A DNA stretch of 64,000 bases from Podarcis filfolensis (taxonomy: Eukaryota): assembly GCA_964270895.1 (NCBI GenBank), contig OZ185435.1; one strand, written 5' to 3'. Under the pieces are notes generated by a model that was given only the letters and a program-made list of their open reading frames with translations, was not told the DNA's origin and searched no databases. The first letter of the stretch is position 1. Every line of letters begins with the position of its first letter. The translations under genes and the position numbers were made by a program. Of the stretch, positions 1 through 12,400 are shown piece by piece.

Positions 1-140
1 CAAGGATAAGAAAAGCTTGCCAAAATAGAGTGTAGGTGTTTTCTGCCTTTTCTTCCCCAATCCCTGTTTGCCATTCCCTGCAGAATGCTTTCCTGCCCTC
101 TCTCCATGATGCAATCCCTCCCTCTGTTTCTTTTCCACAG

Positions 141-463
141 TCCATCGCCAGACATCCCACCACATCCATCACCCCCTCTCCACGCACCTGCCTCTCCCCT
201 ACAAGAAGAGACTTCCCCACTCTGACAGAAAGAAGAAAAAAAAGAAAAAACCAAGAAAGACCTCTGTACCTCCCTCTGATGTCACCCCCACCATCCAGGA
301 GGTGGAGGAAGAGGAAGAAGAGGAGGAGGAAGAAGAGGAAGCAGAATCTGAAGGGGAGGAGGTTCTAGAGAAGGATGCCTCGGCAGAGTCTGACCTTGAA
401 GCCTCTCCCAAAGGAGAGTCTCATGGCAAACCAAAAGCAGGGCTGGCAGAAGGAAGCATTGAG
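141..463 (+). CDS. SLC4A3: SLC4A3 exon ([17 protein letters not shown]...poly-Glu...GSIE)
   Basis: ttttccacag| acceptor, |gtgaga donor; phase 1 to 0. Confidence 0.92.
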
Positions 464-3400
464 GTGAGAGATTTCCTGCTCACACAGCAACAAGGGCCAT
501 GGGCTTGGAGATGCATATACAAGAATTAGGTACGGTGGAAACAAGGTTGAAAGATTTCCAGTACCCCCTGTGTTACGATGAGGCAGTGCAGATATTTTGT
601 AGTGCTAGCTGACCCGACCATTAGTCAGAGTGTGGGTGTTGCCTCAGGCAGGTTTTAGCATCATGAAAAGATAGCAAAGTGTTAGTTATTTCATGTATTA
701 TTGTGTATTTATTTCTAGAGTGAGGTGCTTTTGACCTTTTCTGTTTCAGACGCCAAAAGAACTTGGCCAGCCTCGACTTGGGTATGTGTGTGTGCTATTT
801 GTTGTTCTACCATAGACAGCAAAAATTTTGGGGCCAGCCCTGATTGGATGTGAATGTGTGCATGTGCATTATCTGTTAAAGACTGGTGGAATAATCACAT
901 ACAGTGGTACCTTGGTTTAAGAACAGTGTAGTTTATGAACAACTTGGATCAAGAACGCTGCAAACCTGGAAGTAGGTGTTTCGGTTTGTGAACTTTGCCT
1001 TGGATAAGAACACGTTTCGCTTCCCGTTGAGTGTGTTCTATTTGTAAATTGAGTCCCCTGCTGCTATGGGAAAGCACGCCTTGGTTTAAGAACGCTTTGG
1101 TTTAAGAACAGACTTCCAGAATGGATTAAGTTCATATACCAAGGTACCACTGTTGTATGAAACAGCTGGATAGTATGAAGCATATGGGGGGGGGGATTGG
1201 GTGGATGGCAGTTTTCCAAATGATAAAGACTCACAGCCTTCCTTCTTTTTGTCAGTCTTAGCCAGGGCAATAGGAGTGGCATTTCCCAGGCTTCCTGACT
1301 GCTGTGCCAGATATGCTCTTTGCTTTGCTTCATTACAGTTTATCATTGGGAGTGATGAGGAGGAAGAGGAGGAGGAGGTGGAGGAGAAAGCCTGTGGCAG
1401 CCCATGCCCTTTGCCATTTCATGTGGCAGAGGAATGCAGTCACCTCTCTCCACTCCCCTATCTCTCCGATCTGCTGCCAGAGAAGGGACCTATTTCTTTC
1501 AAAAGGTAAGAGGGCTCAGCTCTTTACATGGTTTGGGCTTCAGATGGGATGCAGATGTTGTGGGTAGTGAAAGAAAGGTGCTTGTATGTACCCAATTCAT
1601 GACCAAAATATTATTCTGAAGACCCAAACGCAGGTGGGACTGGGCTTAATTTGAGTCACATGTAATCCAAGTTTAGTTCTAGAACCTATTTCCAATTTCC
1701 AAGTTCAGTCCTGGAATTTGTAAATAGCTAGGGAGTGTGGATCTTTCTTTTCATAACTGAGAAACATGTGTGATGCCATCAGTGTGCTATATGCTTCTGG
1801 GCTTGAATAAGGGAGATATAAGCTCAAATCTCTGCTTTGCCTTGAAGCCCTCTGGGTGACCTTGGCCCAGTCACTATCTCAGATTGTCCTATCACTGAGG
1901 GTATGTTGTGAGGATATTATGGAATAACCCCCATGTACAGTGCCCTGAGCTCTTTGAAGAACATGATACAAATGTGATTGTTAACAATAATCACAACAGG
2001 CCCTCATGCACCTGAGATTAGGGGTCACTTTTCCCAGACAGAAGACCTGCTTTCCAAGCAAGCTTTGAGCAGCTTTGGTTTTTAGAAATGCAATTCTAAA
2101 AAAGGAACATCAGAGCTACCAGCTCTGATGTAACAAGATACACCATCAATTGGATGGAGAGGGTTCGTTTGCAGGGTTCATCCTTCCCACTAGGAAATAG
2201 CTTGTTTCTGCTGAGGCAATATTCTCCCTCGCTTCCAGGATTGTTTAGGAGAGATCAAAAGTACGTAGCCAGTCTCGTTCCCTGGCTTGTCTCCTTTTAT
2301 AGGAACAACTTTTCCTATTGCAATGCCTGTGCCAACACCACACCCTCTGTTGCTGGTCTCCACAGTTTCCCTGGATATAAAGATAACAGAGTTTGGGACA
2401 AGCGCAAACTTTGGAGTCAGGTGCCAAGTGGGCAACGGGCAAGCTACGACCTGAAGGAGAGGGTGTGTATCGGCAGCATGACCGCCATGGAGAGTGCCAC
2501 CTACCAGCGAATTCCCACAGATGAAGCTGAGGCTCAGATGCTGGCTTCTGCTGACCTTGATGATATGAAAAGTGAGGTTCCGATTGGGTCCCTGGTGATG
2601 GGGGTGGGGGTGATAGTGATGGTGTCTATCTGCCAAGATTCTCTCCTAGTGCAGCACTGAATGAATATGGGAGGCTTATAAATGCATAAATATTGCTATG
2701 CTGCATAGAACAATAGCCCTTTGTACTAAAAGTGGGCAAGTAGATTGCGCAGTAGCTTTCACAAGAAAGACACAATGAAGGTATATGTACCTTTTGTTTA
2801 TCCCTCATATATTAAGTACTTAGATGGATACCGCCTCTAAAAGAGGTTGTGTTTTTGGCTATCACTGCATGCTCATTTATATTAATAGCTATTATAATAT
2901 CTTCTAGCAACGGCTTCCATAGGTTAATTATGCATTGTGTGAATAACTGGTTCTTTGTTTGTCTTTAAGCCTACTGTTTCTCTGTATTGATCAATAACCA
3001 CAAGCTTTTGTATTTGCGAAGGTTTATGATCCAATCCTCCACATATTTACTCAGAAATAAGCCTCTGAGTTCAATGGGACTTAAGTAACTTAAGTAAATA
3101 TGCATAAGATTGTAAGCAGAGAATAATTGTTCCTGTTTTCTCTGTCCACCCCAGTCATGATTCTGCCAACCACTGTTTGTACCTCCTCTGACCACCTTTT
3201 TTATGAAGAGCTAAAAACCTAACTGGTTCTCTAGACCCCAATTGATCCCTCTACTCTCTGAGATCAGCACAAAGAAGTCCTACTTGCACCTACTCTAGTG
3301 TCAAATTGTTTACCCAAGCCACACAAAAATAATTCCTCTTGAGCTACCGTCAGAACTGCCTCCATCTTCCAGGCAGAAATAGGCACACTTTAAGCCAGGC

Positions 3401-6400
3401 ATAGGCAACCTTGGCCCTCCAGATGTTTTGGGAGTACAATTCCCATCATCCCTCACCACTTGTCCTGTTAGCTAGGGATCATGGGAGTTGTAGTCCCAAA
3501 ACATATGGAGGGCCAAGGTTGCCTATGCCTGCTTTAAGCCCAGGTCCTAAGAATAAAATAGCAGCCCTGTTGGATCAGATCAAAGGCCTATGTTGTCTAG
3601 CAACCTGTTTTTCACAGGGATGAACGAGATGTCTATGGAAAACCCACAAAAGCCTTTTACCACTGTTCTCCAGTAACTGATATTCAGAGGCATGCTGCCT
3701 TTGCTTCAGAAGGTAGTATGTGGAGCCATCATGACTAGCAGCCTCTAATAGCCTTGCCCTCCATGAATTTGTCTAAATAATTTTTAAAGCTTGTCCAAAT
3801 TGGTGGCCATTCCCACATCTTGTGGTAGCAAATTCCATATGTGATGTGTGAATAAGTAATTCATTTTGTCTGTCTGGAATCCCCCACTATTCAGTTTCCT
3901 TGGATGATCTCTAGGCAATAGCAGTCAGTGTGGTTGGGCAGTGATGCTCACCTGACCTCCAAACAGCTGAGTTGCTGCTGCTAAATGGGAAAGGAGGGGA
4001 GTGGGGGAGCAGTAGGAAATTCAGCACAGTGCAAACATACCGGCAGGAGTGGCAGATTAGCTCCATCAATAGATTTGTGCTTTGCTGGACTTCCCACTGC
4101 TTCTCCCCCCTCCCCCTCTCCTTCCTGGTAAGCAGTAGGGACTCAGCTATTGGCGAGTGCTGCCACCCTGCCATGCCTTCCGCTACTGCCCCCAAGCTCA
4201 AGTATTATAGGAAAGGAAGAAAAAGCCTCTCTATTCAGGCCCTCCCGAATATGTCAAAAATATCCTAAATGTTGCTGTAAGTCATTAGATAGTCTCAGTG
4301 CATAAACACTGCCTTAAAGGTTTATTTAAAATGTGCAATGACTTTACTGAAAGTAATATAAGGTGTGCGAGTCTGGAAAAGAGGTAAGAAAAAGAACTGC
4401 GCTGAAATAAAATAATGGGAACTTAGCTTATATTTTGAAATTAACTCGTAGGATACCCTTACTTGTGAGGCTTAAATAAATTTGTGCTGAAAATGTATGA
4501 TATGAATGTAAAACCTAGTTTTTCTTCGGTGATGTATCTCATGTTAACAACATTCATATGTAACACAAATGCCACAAGGAATGAGTAAATGGCAGGGAAA
4601 CAGGAGAGTAAGATCTGGTAAAGTCTCTTGACAAATTATTCAGGCATGGAGGGGTCAAACTAGGACTTGCAAGGGAAACACAGAATTCTCAAAATAACAC
4701 TAATGTGGGGAGTGGGGGGGCATTTGCGGGGGGAGAATCAGCAGGCAGGATGGGAGTGTGTAGCCTTCCACCTGCTGATTCTCCCCTGGAAGTGTCCTTC
4801 CCTTGGACTGATTAATTCCCTTCCCTGGAGCTAAAAACTGGAAACTGGAAACTAGTCTAATTGGGGGGTGGGGGTAGCTACCTAGGGGCATTTTCAGCAG
4901 GCAAGGGATGGTTTGAACACTGCTTTCTTCCACCCACAGATCCTTCTCTGTGAGTGCCAAGCACTGCCATTACCTCTGCAAAGGTGAAGTTGGGTGCTTG
5001 CTTTTGACAAGTGTGGCCCAAAGCTAGGAAGGAAGCAGACTGAAATAGGTTGTGTGGGGAGACTGATGGATATGAATCATCTGAATTAAGCCAACTAGGC
5101 ATCTATCTGTGACTGCTCGTAAATGATGCAAATAGCATTTTTAGAAAAGGGCTTTTTCTCAGGACCACAGCAGGGAAGAAAATGGTTAAATTTCCTCCCA
5201 GGGCTGGATGGGATAATCATTACATGTTAAATGCAAAGACACATTTAGCATTATGTGTAGTTTGGCCCTTACACAGATAGTGCAGTGTGTCAGGCTCCCA
5301 ACTTTATCCCCGCAAAATGAAGTGTTTAGAACCCCTTCCACATTTCCTCTCCACTCTGGGAATATTTCCCCCTTCCTTCCCCCTCCTCTCCTGTCCCCAT
5401 ATTAAACATGGTTTTGCATTATTGTGTGCTGACACAAATCATCGTTAAATCAAACAAGGTTCCCTTATAACTCTTGTTTACAAATCCACTTCCTTTTCAG
5501 GGTTTGATTCCTGCGTAATATCCTGTTCATACCAGGGTGAGGTGGGTCAATGGTCAATGGCAATAGTTTTGTAAAATCTGCTGTATCCTCTTGCCAGCCC
5601 AAAACTACCAGGGCAAATAATTTCTAAGTTGTTTCTTTCAACAATACTTTAAGGAAACACCACTGTAATCACTAGGGCCAGAAAAATGCATGTTCAGTGT
5701 CTACATGGAACTTTGCCATTCATTCTTCAGCTTAGTTCACACCTACACTCCCAACACTGTATTCAGAATCCACTGGTGAGGATTCTCTAGGCCTCAGTGC
5801 ACTAGAGAAAAAGTCTTGAAATACTTAACTTCCTTTCTAGCTCTGGCCAGTGACCCACATTCTAGATGTGGCCTTCTGTTGCCAAGGGCTCAGTTTTGAT
5901 TTATGAGTTTATGTCTTAAGATGCTGTCCATCCATAATTGACTGGATGGAATTCTGAGATGGTCAGGCAGGCCCTGTATCTTCCCAGGACTTTTATTTTC
6001 CCTACTGACTTTCTTGGCTCAGAGTTATCAGCAACCTTTTGTCTTCTGAGAGATCTATGCATTTTATCTCCTGATGGGAGTGGCTACATTAGATCCAGTT
6101 TCCTGCTCAGAGGGTCTAGTGTTGTTGCAATTGCTGGAAAGTTTCAAAGGCATTAGGATTCAGTTTATGTGCATGTGCATGTATGGGCTGCGCTCTATGC
6201 CATGTCCCTCCCCATATGCTGGTTCTTTCTATGTGAGAGCACAGAAGAGACGTCATGGAAATGCCAGCTCTGAGCCCCAGGACACAGAAAAGCCAATAGG
6301 CTGCTTTCCAGGCTTCAGTGGGAGGAGACACCCAAAGAGTGTGGGGGGACACAACAGGCAGTGCCACAAGCCAAGGAACCTCTTCCAGCAGCACATGTAT

Positions 6401-9400
6401 TGGATCTCCTACAGCAAACTTCCTACTGAGCTGTGGCAGCGAGCAAGGATACATATATGCTCCCTTGGACTCCAAGCAAGCAGGGGAAGTCTTTACACTT
6501 TTCACTTGCCTAGATGACGTATGCTGGCATTTCTTCTCAAATCCTGTCAGAAGAAATCCTGAATACTGGACCAAGCAGCTTCCTGGATTGTGTGCTGCCT
6601 GAAGAGCTTCAGTCAGAAAAAGGGTCCACCTGCTAAGTCCTGCTCCTTGCCAATGTTGTGATTGTCACATGCCCCTCGACTCCCATCTTCTTAAGGACAT
6701 AGCAATGGCTGTTCCAGACAGAGAGGATGCAGTGAAGGAGACAGGAGTAGGAGACAGCTCGGAAGTAGGGATAGCCATCTGTGTTGGTAACTCTTTTGGC
6801 TATGAGGACTTTGAGGAGTTTGCGCTCAACTTTGAAGACTATGACCTATGGGAGGCCATCCAGAACCACTTGGGCTATCCTAACTTGGACCCCACCCGTA
6901 AGTACCTGCTGAGACTTATACGCGCACATATGCACATTCCCTCACATAACCTGATCTAAACTTTGCTTAGAGTCTAGTCTTGATTGGGTGACCAGGTTCA
7001 AAAGAGGTCAGGACCTTTAATAGTTGTGCAGACAATCCCTGTGTGACAATTAGCAAAAAATAAAAAATAAAAAAATCCTTCTACAGAATTATTAAAGGTA
7101 CAGAACTGTTGTCCTTCTTTGCATCTGGTCATCCTGTCTACCCCTGGGTAGATACAGAGCACAGGGAAGTTATACCTTGCCCTATCCCATGAACAAACTT
7201 TCAGGCATTTGTGTTATTTTGGCATGGAGTTTATCTGTACAAATCTACAAAGGATCGGAGGCTGAAGACACTCAATGACAGTGTATACTTCCTCATTCAT
7301 ACACAAATAGTTGCGCTCATGATTTTGCAGTTTGGTTCTAGGTTGTAATTTGTATTTTCTAGAAATACGGCTTTTGGTTACAGTTACACGAGCGTCGTGT
7401 TGTTCTTTTTTTTGAAAATATTTTTGTTGATTTTTATCCATATAACCCAAGTAACAAAATAAACTGTCACGAGACAAGCACATAAAAACTAAACCAAACC
7501 AAATCAGGGTTGGCAAGGGATGTTACATTCACAAGAAGAAATCATAAAGCTGTTTATCCTGATATATGAGCATAATGTTATAACATATATTATAAAGTGC
7601 AACGTATGCTGATTCTACTGAAGACACACTCACAGTGAAACACACATCTTGTAATCCTACTCATATGCACTAAAACCATATTGTGGCACAGAAGACCCTG
7701 GGTCTTAATTTATCACCCAGGAGTTCCTATTATCAGTGCTGGACAGAACCACATAGCGTACTTGCTAGAATTGAGTCAGCCCAGGCTGAGAAGCAGAGTG
7801 GGGGCTTGCAGTGTTTATTTATCCAAAGACTTTCCTTTGGGGCCCACAGCCTCCCAGGTCAATTTCCACCATGAATACATAGTGAGAGAAATAAGTGAGC
7901 AGCTCTGATCTTGGGACGTACAGGAGGAATGTTTTCTATGCTGCTCATTGGAGTTCTGGCTGATTTAGAGCATGTCTAAATCCTACAATTTAAAGCTGCT
8001 ATCGGCCCTTTTGAGGGGGCGGAATCTAGGCACCATACAGATACATGTACTTTCCCCATGTGGTGCTAAGGGCAGAAGGGCTTTACATCAATAAAACAGC
8101 ACTGGGGGAAGAGAGTTAAATCTCCTTTCCCCCACAACTGCTGCAATCAGAATTGCAGCTACTAAATGCCATTTAATATTTTTTTTAAGAAGGCAGGAGA
8201 TCTTATTATGGACCTCCCACATCAGATCTGTTTGTTCTTGAAGCACCAAACTCGACTTCTGTCTGCACTGCTTAATCCCTCTCCAAGGGGATGTCAGGCA
8301 TGGGAGGGGGACACAGATGTATGTGACTGACATGTGAGTAGGCTAATATTATTCTCTATATAATAATCAAACAATTGCACCTGACATGCTTTATACATCT
8401 TACACAAGTACACGAGTTATACACCTGTATCGCACGTATATTTGCCCTCAGATGTTATTTCTGTCTCCAGATGACCTGTACAACTTGCCTATAGAAATTA
8501 TGAGCACTACATATAATATGACCCCAGAATAGCAGCTCCAAGCAGCTAGAGTGCATTAGTATTGATGAGCACTTATTGGTTTTTGTCACTCTTATGTAGC
8601 TGTAAATGGGATGGTGTGGTATCCAGCTGTCAACAGGCCTCAAATCAGGCGCACAGCCAGTGGGAGGAAAATCCCTCCGGCAATGTATAGATTTTGTTTA
8701 TATTTAATTTACAGTGCAATTTGTATATGTCTACTCAGAAGCAAGCTTCATTGAGTTCAATGGAACTTACACTGAGGTAAGCGTGCATAGAACTGCAGTG
8801 TTAGTGACCCAGATTCCCAAGGTGTCAGGCTGTAAAATGGTCCTTCCCATGAGAATGTGGAACAGGGGAGTGAATCCTAGCATTGCAGAGGAGACTGAAA
8901 GGAGATATGATGACCATCTTCAAAAATCTAAAGGACTGTCACGTGGAACAAGCTTGCTTTCTCCTGCTCCAGAGGCTGGGACCTGAACCAATCAATTCAA
9001 ATTACAAGAAAGGAGACACAACATCAGGAAGAGCTTTCTGATAGTAAGCTGTCTGACAGTGGAACAGACTCCCATGAGAGGCGGTGGACTCTTCTTCCTT
9101 GGAAGTTTTTATGCAGAGGTTGGATGACCATCTGTCATGAATGCTTTAGTTGAGATTCCTGTATTGCAGGCTGTTGGGACTACATGACCCTTGAGATCCC
9201 TTCCAACTCTATGATTCTATGATTCTATTGCATTTCATACTCCCAAGATCTATTAAAAGTAGATGAAGAACAGAAAGAGGGCATGGATAGCTGAACTATC
9301 CTGAGAACACTTGGGCAATACTGTCCAGAAGTGCTGTATTGCTCATAATTTATGCTACCTTTCAGTAATTCCACTGCTGTTGGGGGAAAATGAGAACCCC

Positions 9401-12400
9401 TGAACAGTTGCCCTTGGCACGAACCATTAACTTAATCAACCCTCGCTCTCAGAAAACAGCTGAGAGATCACACCACAGCTCCCATTTTAGGTCAGAGAAG
9501 CCCTCAACTATAGCATTTGAACTGATGGCATGAGAATGTCTGCTCTGGCGTTAGCTCCCAAGGCCTGTCTAGACATTGGCAGACACTACCTTAAACACTG
9601 CCTGCTTTTTGATGTGGGAGAACAGGAAGGCAGAAAAAAGTTGCTTTTTAACTTGTTCATAAATGAGCTGGAATGAAGAGTGTGGTGACACCAAATTGTC
9701 CAGGGTGGTAAAAGCAAAAAGGATTTGTGAGGAGCTCCAAAAGCTCCACACTGGACATGGATAAAATAGCAAATGAGGCTTAATTTCACCAAGTGCCAAG
9801 TGATGCACATTAGGCTATTTCCCCCCACCCTAACTTCTAGGGTCTGAACTGACAGTGACTAACCAGAAAAGAGATCCCGAGGTCACGGTGCAGAGCTCAA
9901 TTAAAATGGCAACCCAATGTGCAGCAGCTGGAAAAAAGGCAATTCCATGTTTGATATCATTAGGAAAGAGATTGAAAATGAAACTACCAGTTTGATAATG
10001 CTATTACAATACTCTGTGGTGCAACTGCTCCTGGAGTACTGTATACTCTAGTCACCTCACCTCAAAAAAGGTTGTTATAGAGCTGCAAAAAGAGCAGAAA
10101 AAGATAACCAAATGATCAAGGAGGGGGGAGTGGTGATGAAGAACTCCCTCTGGAGGAGAGGTTACATTTGAGGCTTTTTAGTTGGGGAAAAGGTAAGTAA
10201 TAGGGAATATGATAGAGGTATAGTCATGGTGAGGAGAAGGTGGATGCAGAAAAGTTTTCTCTCCATCTCAAAGTACTGCAAATGAGGCTAAATATGGGGA
10301 GGTTCTTCACATAGTTATCCTGTGGAATTTGCTGCCATCCAACGTGGACGGGGTTTAGGTAAATTAATGATGAGGCTATCAGTGGCTACTAGTTATGATC
10401 ACTGTGTGCTGTCTTCAGTATTGGCATGCCTTTCGGTACCATTTGCTGGGGAACATGTATGGCGAGAGAGCTCATGTTGTACTTGTGGGTTTCCCATAGG
10501 CATCTGGCAGCCCCGCTGAGAGCAGGATGCTGGATTAGGTGGGCCTTTCGTCTCATCCTGCAGGGCTTTTGCATTCTTAACCTTTGATAGATTACACCCT
10601 AGGTATTTTATTTATTTCTGTGAGGGAACCACAAAGCAAAACAGAATAAAGTTTTCTCTGTAACATCTCATCTTGTGAAACCAAGTTCAGCCTTGTGTAT
10701 TCTAAACTATGCAGTTATATGAATGATCTTGTCACTATGTGATAATATGCAAACAGCACACATATGTATATGAATATTTAGTTCTTCTAAAATGTGGACT
10801 GTTTTCCAAAAACATGCTGATCAGAGGGGGCGAATTATAATATTCAAAAGCATGACAATCAGATGTCAAGATGTTTGCTGTGGGGAGAGTCAGCCTGATA
10901 CAGTGTTGGGCTAGGACTAGGACGATCCAGGTTCAAATGCCAACTCAGCTACAAAGCTCACAAGGTGACCACGGGGCAGTCACTCGCTGCCTAATCTGCC
11001 TCACAAGGTTGTGGTGAGGATAAAATGGGAGCAGGAGAATACTGTGTACTGCCAGAGCTTCTTGGAGAAGATGTTGATAAAAAATGTAATAGATAAAATA
11101 ATAAAGGGTGTGCCTGTATACCTGTGATACAATAAAATTCCCTTCCTATACTGTCACTTACAAAGCCCTGAAAACCCTTCTCCCCACTCCCTGGCAGCCA
11201 CAGATAAGCACATTATGTGCCCCCACTGCCTTGGCATTGTTCCTGCAGCTTCCAGAAAACAAACAGCAACAGCAAATTGTAGCTGAGCAGAGGTTTTGCC
11301 ATGCTTCATGGAGTATATCACAGTAGTCATCTGTGCCTCTCTTGAGATAGAGATCTATTGCATAAGCACCTGCACCTGCTCAAGAAGAGTGTTCAGGGAC
11401 AAATGTGTGGGAATAAAGCCTCTGTTTCCTGGCTGTGTTGCAAACTGCTTCACAGTCAGAATGTAGAGTAAGACAAGGACAGAGAGGGGCCATTGCTCAG
11501 TGGTAGAGCATATGTTTTCCATGCAGAAAACCCCAGGTTCAGCATCCAGCATCTCCTGTTAGAAGCATCTTAGGTAGAAGGGCTGGAGAGCTGCTGCCTT
11601 TTGGAGTAAACAGTACTGATCAAGATAGATCAGTGGCCTGGCTCCTTGAGGGACATTTTCATAGCTACCTTGAGACCACAGAATCCTGAAAAGAGAGGGG
11701 CTGTGTATGCTCTACTTTAAAAAGGAAACCTAACACCCCTAGTCCATACCCAGGTTATCCAAGCTGTGTACTGAGAAAAGCTTAATTCTGTGTTTTGTGT
11801 TAAGCAAATTAAAATGAATAGGCTCATTTTTCATTCTGTTTCTTATAGACATGCTGAGGAAGGAAGGAGCTATGCAGAATGCTGCCTCCATGCCCCAGCT
11901 TGAGCTAGCAGAAATTTTGCTCATCCCTCTTCTGACTGCTAAGTTTTCACCTAGTATTGCTTACCCATCTCTTAGGGCTAGAAATATGGGGCTGAAAGCT
12001 GAGCTGCTCAGATTTCTGACTATGCTCCCATGGCTGTAGTCATGGCATACAGACAACCTTGGCTACAGAAGGACAAGTTGCTTTTCCCTTCATTCTTCTG
12101 CTTGCCCTTGCTCCTGCCCTGCCTTTTTTCTAGGCCACCGTTTTGAAGATAATCCAGGAGTAAGAAGACATCTGGTTAAGAAACCCTCCCGGAGCCAGAC
12201 GACCAGAAGCAGCAAAAAGTCTTTGACTTCACAGTCTGTCAAGAAAAAGAAGAAGAAGAAGAAGCTTGACAGGAAACCCCACGAGGTAATGGCCCTGCCT
12301 TGTGGAGACCTCACAATCTACAGGCAAAATTGGTAGTTTCAATCAGGTGCTGGCCATGTTGCCTGTTGGTGAATTGCTTCCCACAGAGGCAGTAATTATA

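Noticed and set aside
84-140. Upstream alternative acceptor (ccctgcag|) 57 nt before the exon at 141
   Set aside because: It keeps phase but introduces an in-frame TGA after a few codons
2154-2365. ORF extension upstream of the SLC4A3 exon at 2366
   Set aside because: Upstream AGs are in phase 0 or 1, incompatible with the preceding phase-2 donor; treated as intronic read-through
5150-5180. Possible REST/NRSE site in the SLC4A3 intron
   Set aside because: Only a partial match to TTCAGCACCnnGGACAG
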